From contig OY759974.1 of NCBI GenBank assembly GCA_963662945.1, positions 2,080,001 through 2,144,000 on the forward strand: DNA of 64,000 nucleotides, in the 5' to 3' direction. This stretch comes from Arcobacteraceae bacterium. Lineage in GTDB: Bacteria > Campylobacterota > Campylobacteria > Campylobacterales > Arcobacteraceae. Both the position numbers and the translations under genes were made by a program. Of this stretch, positions 39,660 through 48,668 are shown in pieces; positions within the stretch are counted from its first letter, which is position 1; each line of letters begins with the position of its first letter. The notes beneath the pieces were generated by a model, which did no database searches, was not told the DNA's origin, and worked only from the letters and a program-made list of their open reading frames with translations.

Positions 39660-40624
39660 TTGATTATATTCACTTCCCCACTTAAAGATTTTAAAAATTC
39701 TTCAATATAAAAGAGCTCCTCTTTTTTTAATTCGATTCCCAATTGAGCTTTTGCAATTAACTCAATAGCTTCTTTAAGGGTTTTTATACTTCCATTGTGC
39801 AGATAAGGGGAGGTAAGTGCTACATTTCTAAGTGTTGGTACTTTGAAATAAAATTTATCATAATCATTTTTTGTTATATTATAAAACCCAAGATTTAGAT
39901 CAATAGTAAAAGAGGAGTTGGTGTCATTATTATTCTGAGAATTATGGTTCAAATCTTTAATAACACTTGGATCAACCAAACCAAAACGGGCATATAAACC
40001 TCCTCCGATATTTATACCGTTGTGACAAGATGTACATCCTTTTTTATAAAAAAGCTTATATCCTTTTTTTTGATCACTATTTAAAGCTTCTTTATCTCCC
40101 ATAAGATACCTATCAAAAGCACTAGGAGTTATAAGTGTTTTTTGAAACTCTTGAAGAGCATCGCCAATATTGTCTTTGGTGATACCATTTTCATACAAAT
40201 TATTAAATAGGGTATTGTAGTTTTTATTTTTTTTAAGATTTTCAATAAGATTTTCAAAGCTATTTCCCATCTCTTTAGGATTTGTAATAGGAAATTGCAC
40301 TTGATGAGACAAACTTTCTCCTCTACCATCCCACATCTGTCTGAAGTTAAATACCGCATTGAGTACTGTTGGTGTATTTATATTTCCCATTTGCCCATTG
40401 ATACCAAAAGATAATGGAAGATTGTCAGTACCACCTAGTTCAAGATTGTGGCAACTAGCACAAGAGATTGTATTATCTTTTGAAAGTATCGTGTCAAAAT
40501 AGAGCTTTTTACCAAGTAATGCTTTTTGTTTATCATACTCTATGGCTTTTGGTAGGGGTAGCATCACCTCTACACCATACAAGTTTATTACAAAAGAAAA
40601 TAATAAAACTAAAAGAAATTTCAA
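39656..40624 (-). CDS. divergent cytochrome c peroxidase-like di-haem protein
   Basis: CASCH and CTSCH, MWDGR, VPTLRN; overlaps the kinase start. Confidence 0.88.
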   Translation of the reverse strand: MKFLLVLLFSFVINLYGVEVMLPLPKAIEYDKQKALLGKKLYFDTILSKDNTISCASCHNLELGGTDNLPLSFGINGQMGNINTPTVLNAVFNFRQMWDGRGESLSHQVQFPITNPKEMGNSFENLIENLKKNKNYNTLFNNLYENGITKDNIGDALQEFQKTLITPSAFDRYLMGDKEALNSDQKKGYKLFYKKGCTSCHNGINIGGGLYARFGLVDPSVIKDLNHNSQNNNDTNSSFTIDLNLGFYNITKNDYDKFYFKVPTLRNVALTSPYLHNGSIKTLKEAIELIAKAQLGIELKKEELFYIEEFLKSLSGEVNIIK

Positions 40625-40630
40625 AATATT

Positions 40631-41305
40631 TTATCCTGCAAGATTGATTTGATATCCTATACCAGATATATTTTTAATACTTGATTTTGAAGTTTTTTTT
40701 CTAAGTTCTCGTATAACAGAACGAAGTGCATCTTCACTCATATTTCCATCCCATACATAACTATTAAACTCTTCATATCTCAAAGCCCTATTAGAATTTT
40801 TGATCAAATACTCCAAACATAATAACTCTTTTTTTGTAAGTATGATTTGTTTATTCTTAAAAAAAAGTGTTTCATTGAATATATCAAATGTATATCCTCC
40901 AAAAATATGAAATATTGATTGTTTAGCTACAACATCTTCAACACAACTATTTAAAACAGGTAATAAAGTATCTTCCATAATAGGTTTTACAAGATACTTA
41001 ATAAGTCCAAGTTCTATAGCTTCAACTAAATATGAAGTTTCTAAAAAAGCTGTAGCTATAATAATCTTTGTAGTTTTATCAGTTTTGCGTATCTCTTTTA
41101 TCATCTCTATACCATTGAGTTTGGGCATTTTTATGTCAGTGATAATAATATCTGGTTTTAACTCTCTGTATTTTTCTAATCCCTCTTTACCATTAGATGC
41201 TTCATAAACATTGTCACAATAAAACTCAAGATATTCAACTGCATCTGCTCTTATAAAATCTTCATCATCTATATAGAGTATTTTTAAATTTTTTAAGCAC
41301 TCCAT
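40631..41305 (-). CDS. OmpR-family response regulator
   Basis: IDDE, TDIKMP, KP; winged helix ending ISGIGY. Confidence 0.95.
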   Translation of the reverse strand: MECLKNLKILYIDDEDFIRADAVEYLEFYCDNVYEASNGKEGLEKYRELKPDIIITDIKMPKLNGIEMIKEIRKTDKTTKIIIATAFLETSYLVEAIELGLIKYLVKPIMEDTLLPVLNSCVEDVVAKQSIFHIFGGYTFDIFNETLFFKNKQIILTKKELLCLEYLIKNSNRALRYEEFNSYVWDGNMSEDALRSVIRELRKKTSKSSIKNISGIGYQINLAG

Positions 41306-41506
41306 AAGTTTCCTTTTTAAATAATCTACACTATGATAATAGAAGAAAAATTACAACATAAACAAATATTCTTATCACTTCTCTTCTATACTTCCATCTA
41401 TTTTTACATATAAAGTATAAATATATACTTACAGAACTATATAAGGACAGCTCTAAAATATTTTGATAACTTGTATGAACCAAATAGTACTTTATTTTGT
41501 AATCAA

Positions 41507-41540
41507 AAAAGGGATATTGAGTTGATTCAATATCCCTTTT
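41507..41540 (-). terminator. terminator after peroxiredoxin
   Basis: AAAAGGGATATTGA-N6-TCAATATCCCTTTT. Confidence 0.8.
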
Positions 41541-41561
41541 CATAAATTGACTACACTATAA

Positions 41562-42266
41562 TTATGACATAATCTCTTCAATAGTGATGTAATCACCAAC
41601 TCTACCAGTCATTTGCTCTACATCTGTATTTACTGGAAGTGTTTTTTTACCTGGAACCCATCCTGCTGGACAAACTTCACCTGTTTTTTCTGCATGTTGC
41701 CAAGCTCTTACTTGTCTTAAAAATTCATGCACATTTCTTCCTACCATTGGAGCTTGTACCTCTTGGGCTACTACAGTTCCCTCAGGATTGATTAAAAATC
41801 TTCCTCTAAGTGCAATACCTTCCTCTTCAATCATAACACCAAAAGCTCGACTAACTGCACCTGTAGTATCTGCACCAATTGTAAGTTGTAATCCTTTTAA
41901 TAATGGCTCAGTTTCAACAAATCTTTTATGTGAAAATTTTGTATCTGTTGATACTGCTAATATCTCAACGCCAAGTTCTTGAAACTCATCATATTTTGCA
42001 TTCATTGCAGCTATTTCTGTTGGACAAACAAATGTAAAATCTGCTGGATAAAAACACACTACTGACCATTTACCTTTGTAATCTTCACTACTTACTGTTT
42101 GGTAGTGACCTGTTTTTGCGTTATACGCATCCATTTTAAACTCTGGAGCTTTTCTTAATACTAATGATGAACTCATATTTTTTTCCTTTTTTTCTATTAT
42201 TTTATTTTCGTCTGTAGAGACAACTTGTTTTTCTTCTATTGGTTTTGCACCTGTATCGCAAGCCAT
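41562..42266 (-). CDS. 2-Cys peroxiredoxin (AhpC/Prx1) with N-terminal extension
   Basis: FYPADFTFVCPTE and GEVCPAGW. Confidence 0.95.
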   Translation of the reverse strand: MACDTGAKPIEEKQVVSTDENKIIEKKEKNMSSSLVLRKAPEFKMDAYNAKTGHYQTVSSEDYKGKWSVVCFYPADFTFVCPTEIAAMNAKYDEFQELGVEILAVSTDTKFSHKRFVETEPLLKGLQLTIGADTTGAVSRAFGVMIEEEGIALRGRFLINPEGTVVAQEVQAPMVGRNVHEFLRQVRAWQHAEKTGEVCPAGWVPGKKTLPVNTDVEQMTGRVGDYITIEEIMS

Positions 42267-42403
42267 TTTATTTCCTTTATGTTAAAAGTGATGAAAGTAT
42301 ATCTAAAGGAAAAAAATTATCCTTTAGAAGTAATTATTATAATATTTTATTAAGATTAATATAAGTAAATGATTATTTAATTATAAGGAAAGAGTTGTAA
42401 AGA

Positions 42404-43792
42404 TTATATGAAAAGTAAAAATAATCCCAAGCCAAGGATAAACACTAAACTTCCATACTCAAATACTTTTTTTAAAGTATTGTTTTGTGAGGATTTTTTC
42501 CTTACATTGATACTTAGGTAGGCAGTGATAAAGATGATTAAACTCATCCCTAAGCTCATAAATATAGCACTTAAAAATCCTACATAATAAATTCCAAGTC
42601 CAAAAGTAAAGATAAAGATAGTTACAGTTCCAGGGCAGGGTACAATTCCTGCAGCTAGTATCACCCCTAAATCTTCACTTTTTGTGTTACATCCGCTACA
42701 TCCACAGCTTGGTGCATTTGGATTGTGTATAGAAAAAGTAAGTTTATTTGTAGTTTTATATTTTTTATAGATAAGGTATAAAGCTATAGATATGATAATA
42801 ACAGCACTTAATTTTGTAGCCACATATTCAATATCTGTTATAAAGCTTATAAATAATAAATTAAGAACAAAATATATAAACATAGTAAGTAAAAATGCAC
42901 TAAAAGTATGAACAACCCCTATAAGTAATGAGATATTAAAAGCTTTTACAACAGAGCGATTTTCACTTAAAAAGTAGCTAGAAACTAAACTTTTTCCATG
43001 ACCAGGACCAAGGGCATGCAAAATTCCATAAGCAAAAGAGAAGAATAATAGCCACAAATAAGAGCTAATAGAATTTGTTTGTTTTATATCAGTTAAAAGT
43101 GTTTGAATTTTTTCTTTATAAAGTTTTAATTGCTGTGATAATTCTTGAAACAAATCTGTTTTATGTTTGGATTCTATAACAGTTGTTATATTTTTTTCAG
43201 GAGTCTTTTTTAGTACAATTGATGGGTCATTAAACTCAATTATTGCATAATGTTCAAAAGGTTTAATAATATATTTACCCTGATAGTTTTCTAAAATTAT
43301 ATCTTCTAATTTAAAGTTAAAATTATTTTGCTCATCTAAAAAAGAAATTCTTAATATATGGTTGTATTGAGGCATAAAGTCTGCATCAAAACTAAAAGAA
43401 TAATACATAAAACCATTTTCAAATAACATTTTTTTTGAGTTAGGTTTGATATTTAAAGGTTTTTTTGAGATAAAATGTTTTTGTGCATAGGTTATATGTG
43501 TAAGATAATTAAAATTATTGAGATAATCTTCTAAAGCTTTTGTAATAGCTTCTTGTTCTTCTTTATCAAATTTTCCATTTGAATTTTGATCATATTGCGT
43601 AAGACTTGAAACAAATTTTTTATCAAATTTCCATTGAACTTCAAAGTGTGTTGTGGTTGGAAGTGTGGATACTTTTGTTGTAACAGTTACAACTGGTATA
43701 TCCATTTGACATAAAGCACAACCAAAACTGGCTGTGCTTGTAAAAAGTGTTAATAAAATATAGAATAAAATTTTATTTATTGGCAATTGCAT
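42404..43792 (-). CDS. DUF1007 + NicO/RcnA-type permease fusion (ZevA-ZevB-like)
   Basis: Signal peptide plus CALC, W.FD...YDQNSNGKFD; then HALGPGHGK, HTFSA, VPCPG. Confidence 0.82.
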   Translation of the reverse strand: MQLPINKILFYILLTLFTSTASFGCALCQMDIPVVTVTTKVSTLPTTTHFEVQWKFDKKFVSSLTQYDQNSNGKFDKEEQEAITKALEDYLNNFNYLTHITYAQKHFISKKPLNIKPNSKKMLFENGFMYYSFSFDADFMPQYNHILRISFLDEQNNFNFKLEDIILENYQGKYIIKPFEHYAIIEFNDPSIVLKKTPEKNITTVIESKHKTDLFQELSQQLKLYKEKIQTLLTDIKQTNSISSYLWLLFFSFAYGILHALGPGHGKSLVSSYFLSENRSVVKAFNISLLIGVVHTFSAFLLTMFIYFVLNLLFISFITDIEYVATKLSAVIIISIALYLIYKKYKTTNKLTFSIHNPNAPSCGCSGCNTKSEDLGVILAAGIVPCPGTVTIFIFTFGLGIYYVGFLSAIFMSLGMSLIIFITAYLSINVRKKSSQNNTLKKVFEYGSLVFILGLGLFLLFI

Positions 43793-44666
43793 TTGCTAAT
43801 TGTATTAAATTTTCACTCCATTTTGGATTAAGAGGACTTACTTTTATTACAGGTATTCCAACTTCTTGAGCTATTTGCTTTGCTACTTTATCACTAAATT
43901 CAGGCGCAGTAAAAACTGCTTTTACTTTTTCTTCTTTTGCTTCATCTATTAAATATGCTACTTGTTTTGGTTTTGGATTTTTCCCACCAGCTTCAATTGC
44001 TACTTGTGTAAGTCCATAATCTCGTGCAAAATATCCCCAAGCTGGATGAAATACCATAAATTTTGTGCCACTTGCAGTATCTATCAATATTTTTTTGATA
44101 GTATGATCAGTTTGATTTATTTTTTCCAAAAATTTTTCATAGTTGTTTTTATAATATGCTTCATTTTTACTATCAAGTTTTACCAAGGCATTAAAAATAT
44201 TTTTTGCTATGATTTTTACATTTGCTGTACTTGTCCAGATATGTGGGTCTAATGAGTCATGTTCGTGTTCATGGTCATGATCTTCTTTGTCTGTTTTATG
44301 TTCATGCTCGTGTCCATCTTCCTCATGATGATGTTCACCCATAGGAATTTTTTCAACTCCTTTTGCAAGATTAACAATCTCCATATTTTTATTTTGGTCA
44401 GCAAATTTTGGAAGCCATGATTCTTCAAATTCAACTCCAATAGAAAAATATACATCAGCATTTGAAATATCTTTCATTTGTGATGGTTTTGGCTCATAAG
44501 AGTGAGGAGAACTTCCTGGTTTTACCATTAGAGCTACATTTACTTTATCTGCTCCAATTGCTTTAACAAAAGTTTGTTGAGGCAATACACTTACTACAGC
44601 ATTTACATTTGCATATAAAAAACTTGTAGCTGTAAAAATAGTTGTTACTAGTAATTTTTTTATCAT
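43773..44666 (-). CDS. ZnuA-like metal-binding protein (cluster A-I)
   Basis: SPHSYEP, His-rich loop, DPHIW, FHPAWGYF. Confidence 0.93.
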   Translation of the reverse strand: MIKKLLVTTIFTATSFLYANVNAVVSVLPQQTFVKAIGADKVNVALMVKPGSSPHSYEPKPSQMKDISNADVYFSIGVEFEESWLPKFADQNKNMEIVNLAKGVEKIPMGEHHHEEDGHEHEHKTDKEDHDHEHEHDSLDPHIWTSTANVKIIAKNIFNALVKLDSKNEAYYKNNYEKFLEKINQTDHTIKKILIDTASGTKFMVFHPAWGYFARDYGLTQVAIEAGGKNPKPKQVAYLIDEAKEEKVKAVFTAPEFSDKVAKQIAQEVGIPVIKVSPLNPKWSENLIQLANAIANK

Positions 44667-44677
44667 TTTCTATCCTT

Positions 44678-45523
44678 TTAGAATTTGTATTTTAACATTA
44701 ATGATGTAACTTTTGTATCTACATCATCTTGTCTTTCTGGTAATTCTTTACCATTTTGATATGAGTATTTTACCATTATATCAAAGTTTTTAAATTGTTT
44801 TCCAAAACTTACCATATAGGTTTTGTCTTGTTCCATTGCATGATGTTGTACTTTGTTTCCATCATCCATAACTGTAAATATTCTTTTCCCAAAAAAAGCA
44901 CCAACACCAGCAACATATCCTTGATAATTCATACCTAGTTTTACACCAGTAGTAAAATAATCTTTATCTTGGAAACTATAAGTTGCATATTTATCACCAT
45001 CTATTTTGATAGTTTTTGCAATAACTGATGCTTTTAATTTTGTTTCACCGATTTTAAAACCTTTGAAAACTGATACATCATATTGATTTACATTAAACTG
45101 CTCATAGTCACTTTTATAGTAATCAAGTGCTACACCAAAACCTTTGTTAATATTATATATTCCACCTAGTCCATATACTTTCCCTTGATCTGTTGGAGCA
45201 AGGTTATCAAGTATTTTGATATAACTTGTTTTTAAAGTAAAAAGTTCATTGAAATTATACTTATAATTTACATTGTATTTTTTTACATGTAAAGTATCAA
45301 TAGGTCTATGAGTAACTGGATTTTCTCTATCTACACTATCTTGCTGATAGTTTAATTGTATTGTAGAGTTTTCATAATTATGCATTGTTCCAACTGTATA
45401 AATTGTACCATCTTTTTTGGTTTTAGAGTTAGTATAGTCTTTGATTCCTGCATCTAAATATATGTTACTATTAGCAGTTAAAAAAGAGCTACAAACAACT
45501 AAACCAAACACTAATTTTTTCAA
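44678..45523 (-). CDS. putative outer-membrane beta-barrel protein
   Basis: TTG start at 45523 after AAGGAG; signal peptide; amphipathic strands; terminal YKF; VQHHAME motif. Confidence 0.75.
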   Translation of the reverse strand: MKKLVFGLVVCSSFLTANSNIYLDAGIKDYTNSKTKKDGTIYTVGTMHNYENSTIQLNYQQDSVDRENPVTHRPIDTLHVKKYNVNYKYNFNELFTLKTSYIKILDNLAPTDQGKVYGLGGIYNINKGFGVALDYYKSDYEQFNVNQYDVSVFKGFKIGETKLKASVIAKTIKIDGDKYATYSFQDKDYFTTGVKLGMNYQGYVAGVGAFFGKRIFTVMDDGNKVQHHAMEQDKTYMVSFGKQFKNFDIMVKYSYQNGKELPERQDDVDTKVTSLMLKYKF

Positions 45524-45537
45524 ATACTTCTCCTTGT

Positions 45538-45604
45538 TGCAACTTAGTTGCATTTAATATTTCGGAAGTATATATGAAAAAATCTTAAGTGCGACTTAGT
45601 TGCA
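45538..45604. promoter_or_regulatory. two 7-1-7 palindromic operators (Zur/Fur-family-like)
   Basis: TGCAACTTAGTTGCA (45538-45552) and TGCGACTTAGTTGCA (45590-45604). Confidence 0.75.
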
Positions 45605-45616
45605 TTACAATAAGTT

Positions 45617-46804
45617 TTATTCCTTGATTAAATGCTCATATCTCTTATCAGTCAAAAGTTTCATAAAAGCTACCAAAGCCTCCACTTTTCTTTCACTTAA
45701 AGGCTTTCCAACAGTTAAAAGTTTCATATCATCTTTGGCAATCTCTACTTCTGGTTTATTCCAAACTTTTCCTGTCTCTGGATTTATAGTATTTTCTTTA
45801 TTGGTATATTTATCATAAAACTTTACAACAGTTTTTAAGTCTTGAAATACACCATTATGCATATAAGGGGCTGTTACCGCTATGTTTCTTAGTGTTGGTA
45901 CTTTTATTTTTCCATCGTATTGTTTTGCATTTGGTAGTTTTTTTATCTCTGGATTTTGTAAGAGACCATGATCTACGAAAGTATGTGGATCTACTACATT
46001 TTTTTCCATTAAAGTTTTGTTTTGTGGTACTCCTATATTGTGATACTGGTAGTTTGAAAAAGTTTCTTGAGGTGCATCTTCTGTTTTTAGCATATGACAC
46101 GAAGCACAATTTGTGTTGTTGTTACTAAAAAAGAGTGTTCTTCCCAAATCTTCTAAAGCAGTTAGATCATATTCACCTTTTAAAAATCTATCATATTTAC
46201 TATCAAAAGGGGCAAATTGTTCTGTTTTTTCAAAACTTGCAATGGCTTGTGCCATCATAGAGTAGGCTTTGTCACTATCTTTGAAAATATCTTCCCCATA
46301 GATTTTTTTGAACTCTTGATTGTATGTTGGACTATTTTGAAGTCTTTTTACTAAGTATTGGGCTGAGGGCATTCCCATCTCTACAGAGTTCATAGGAGGT
46401 CCACCTGCTTGTCCCTCTAAAGTATGTTCTCTTCCATCATAAAATTGTCCACCAATATATTGTTTTTTCTTTTTATCGTAGTGAAATTTTGGACTAAACA
46501 TTGCATAAGAGGCAGTGGGTGCATTTCTATCTCCGATACTTTTTCCATCATCTCCTAAGCTTCCTGCCCCTTTTACACCATTATCTCTCTCATCTATAAA
46601 TCCATGTTGTGGATTGTGGCAGGTTGCACAGGATTGGGTTTTGTTTTTGGATAAAATAGGGTCAAAAAAAAGTTTTTCCCCTAATGCTATCTCTTGTTTC
46701 TCTTTTAATTTTGCTGTTTGTGTATCAATATTATTTGAACTACATCCTGCAAATATTATTAGGGTAGTTGCTATTGATAAACCTATTTTAAATTCTTTTG
46801 CCAT
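45617..46804 (-). CDS. di-haem bCcP/MauG-superfamily lipoprotein
   Basis: Lipobox FAGC, CATCH, CASCH, VPTLRN..TAPYMHNG. Confidence 0.9.
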   Translation of the reverse strand: MAKEFKIGLSIATTLIIFAGCSSNNIDTQTAKLKEKQEIALGEKLFFDPILSKNKTQSCATCHNPQHGFIDERDNGVKGAGSLGDDGKSIGDRNAPTASYAMFSPKFHYDKKKKQYIGGQFYDGREHTLEGQAGGPPMNSVEMGMPSAQYLVKRLQNSPTYNQEFKKIYGEDIFKDSDKAYSMMAQAIASFEKTEQFAPFDSKYDRFLKGEYDLTALEDLGRTLFFSNNNTNCASCHMLKTEDAPQETFSNYQYHNIGVPQNKTLMEKNVVDPHTFVDHGLLQNPEIKKLPNAKQYDGKIKVPTLRNIAVTAPYMHNGVFQDLKTVVKFYDKYTNKENTINPETGKVWNKPEVEIAKDDMKLLTVGKPLSERKVEALVAFMKLLTDKRYEHLIKE

Positions 46805-47705
46805 ATTTAACTCCTAGTTTTTTAAATGGGATAAATAAAAGGTTTGATATTGTTTGAAAATCTTTTATCTCTACTCCAAAATGTATTTTTTCATTGTTTT
46901 TTATTGTGTGTGAAAGTTGTAAAGTTCCAAAAACTTTATCCCAGATTGCTAAATATCCACCATAGTTTTTGTTGTAGTATTTTGTACTATGGTGTAGTTG
47001 ATGTCCATAAGGGGAGATAAAAATATTTTCTAAAACTTTTGGATAGGAAAGTTTGATATGTGAATGTCTTAAATTTGAACCCATAAGTGAGAAAAAAAAC
47101 AATATCACATTAACTCCAACTATCTCAATAACACCAATCATCGCACCAAAAAAGTATATAAATATTCCACTTACAAGCCCAATACTTAAAGAATACCGCA
47201 GTGCAAATAAGATATTTTCTATTGGATGTATTCTATAAAAAGTGAGTGGATTTAATACTTTTGCACTATGATGTACTTTGTGAAATTCCCAAAGAATAGG
47301 GATAGTATGTAAAAACCTATGTATCCAATATCTTGTAAAATCACTCACTAGAAAAAGAGTAATAGTAAAAAGTATCATCACTTCTGTGTAAGAAAAATAT
47401 GTAACTTTTACAAAACCATAATTTTCTAGTAAAAATTTATAAGTCAAAAGTGTTATCTCTTTTGCACTTACAATAATTGGTAATATCAAAAGTGTTTTGA
47501 TAAAAAATGAAACTATAAAATATTTATAGTCTAGTAGGGCACTTTTATGAAACCATAGTTGAGGGCTTAAGTTTATCCTTCTCTCTTTTTTATACACTAA
47601 AAGATATACGGAAGCTATAAAAAGTGATGAGAGGATATACACCCAATAGATTCTTTTACTTGGACTAAAAAGTGCTATAAAAGAATCAACTAAACTAGTT
47701 TCCAT
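46788..47705 (-). CDS. sterol desaturase / fatty-acid hydroxylase family di-iron membrane protein
   Basis: His boxes HRFLH, HKVHH, RHSH, HQLHH; WDKVFGT. Confidence 0.92.
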   Translation of the reverse strand: METSLVDSFIALFSPSKRIYWVYILSSLFIASVYLLVYKKERRINLSPQLWFHKSALLDYKYFIVSFFIKTLLILPIIVSAKEITLLTYKFLLENYGFVKVTYFSYTEVMILFTITLFLVSDFTRYWIHRFLHTIPILWEFHKVHHSAKVLNPLTFYRIHPIENILFALRYSLSIGLVSGIFIYFFGAMIGVIEIVGVNVILFFFSLMGSNLRHSHIKLSYPKVLENIFISPYGHQLHHSTKYYNKNYGGYLAIWDKVFGTLQLSHTIKNNEKIHFGVEIKDFQTISNLLFIPFKKLGVKYGKRI

Positions 47706-47708
47706 ATA

Positions 47709-48668
47709 TCAATCTCCGTCCGCATCCAAGATTTTTGCTGTAACTTTTAACTCATCAATAAGTGAAATATAATAAGCTATATGAAGTTTTTTAAGATTTT
47801 CATATAACTCTTGCGTGTGTGTTAAATCATCATTTTTTATCTTGGCTGTATTTTTCAAGGCATTATTGAGATACTGTGTAGTTTCTTTTAATACTTTTGT
47901 TGCACCATAATCTTGTAAAGTATCTCCAAAGTTTTTAAAACTTTGAGTATCAAGTACTCTTTTGTGTGTTTCAAGGATTGATTGAATTGCTAAAACACTA
48001 TTTTTACTTATAGTATATTCAGCCCTTGAATTATCTGGTTTGTTTTCATGTTTTTTTGTAAAACCAGCTGTATCTCCAACTCTCCACTCGGTAAGTTTAT
48101 AAGAGTTTTCACTCAAAGAGTTTAATATAATAGCATTTGCTTTAAGTTCATTTTTTATAAATTTTTCTTTTTGTTGTAAATATCCATTATAAATCTCAGT
48201 AAGATTGTTTTCCATGGTTTGTAAAATAATAAGTGTAATATCTTTTATTCTTTGATTATGAAGATTTTTTGTAAATAAGATATATTCTAAAGCATTGATA
48301 GTTTTATGTGAGTTTTTATACAAACTTATTTTTAAATCCTCAGAGCTAGCTATAATCAAATCAAGTTGTTCTTTTATATCTTCATTGCCTTGATGAAAAG
48401 TATCTAAATATCTTGGTGTATCTAGATAGTTTTCATCTAAATCTCCCAAGATATAAAAGGCTTCTATGCTTTTCCAACTTTTTACAATATTTTTAAAATC
48501 ATTTTGTACCATACCGAAGTTATCTTGTTTGATATGTTTTTGTAAAGTTTTTACATCTTCTATACTTTGTTTACTATTTTTTAAAATAACATTGTCATAC
48601 AAAGAGATTAAGTTCTCATTTGCAAATAGTGTATTTAGTAAAAATACAACTCCTAATATCCATCTCAT
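47709..48668 (-). CDS. imelysin-family protein
   Basis: Helical exported protein, KTINALEY, terminal DADGD. Confidence 0.8.
   Translation of the reverse strand: MRWILGVVFLLNTLFANENLISLYDNVILKNSKQSIEDVKTLQKHIKQDNFGMVQNDFKNIVKSWKSIEAFYILGDLDENYLDTPRYLDTFHQGNEDIKEQLDLIIASSEDLKISLYKNSHKTINALEYILFTKNLHNQRIKDITLIILQTMENNLTEIYNGYLQQKEKFIKNELKANAIILNSLSENSYKLTEWRVGDTAGFTKKHENKPDNSRAEYTISKNSVLAIQSILETHKRVLDTQSFKNFGDTLQDYGATKVLKETTQYLNNALKNTAKIKNDDLTHTQELYENLKKLHIAYYISLIDELKVTAKILDADGD

Noticed and set aside
11239-42266. Selenocysteine recoding in the hydrogenases or peroxiredoxin
   Set aside because: All catalytic positions are ordinary Cys in uninterrupted ORFs.
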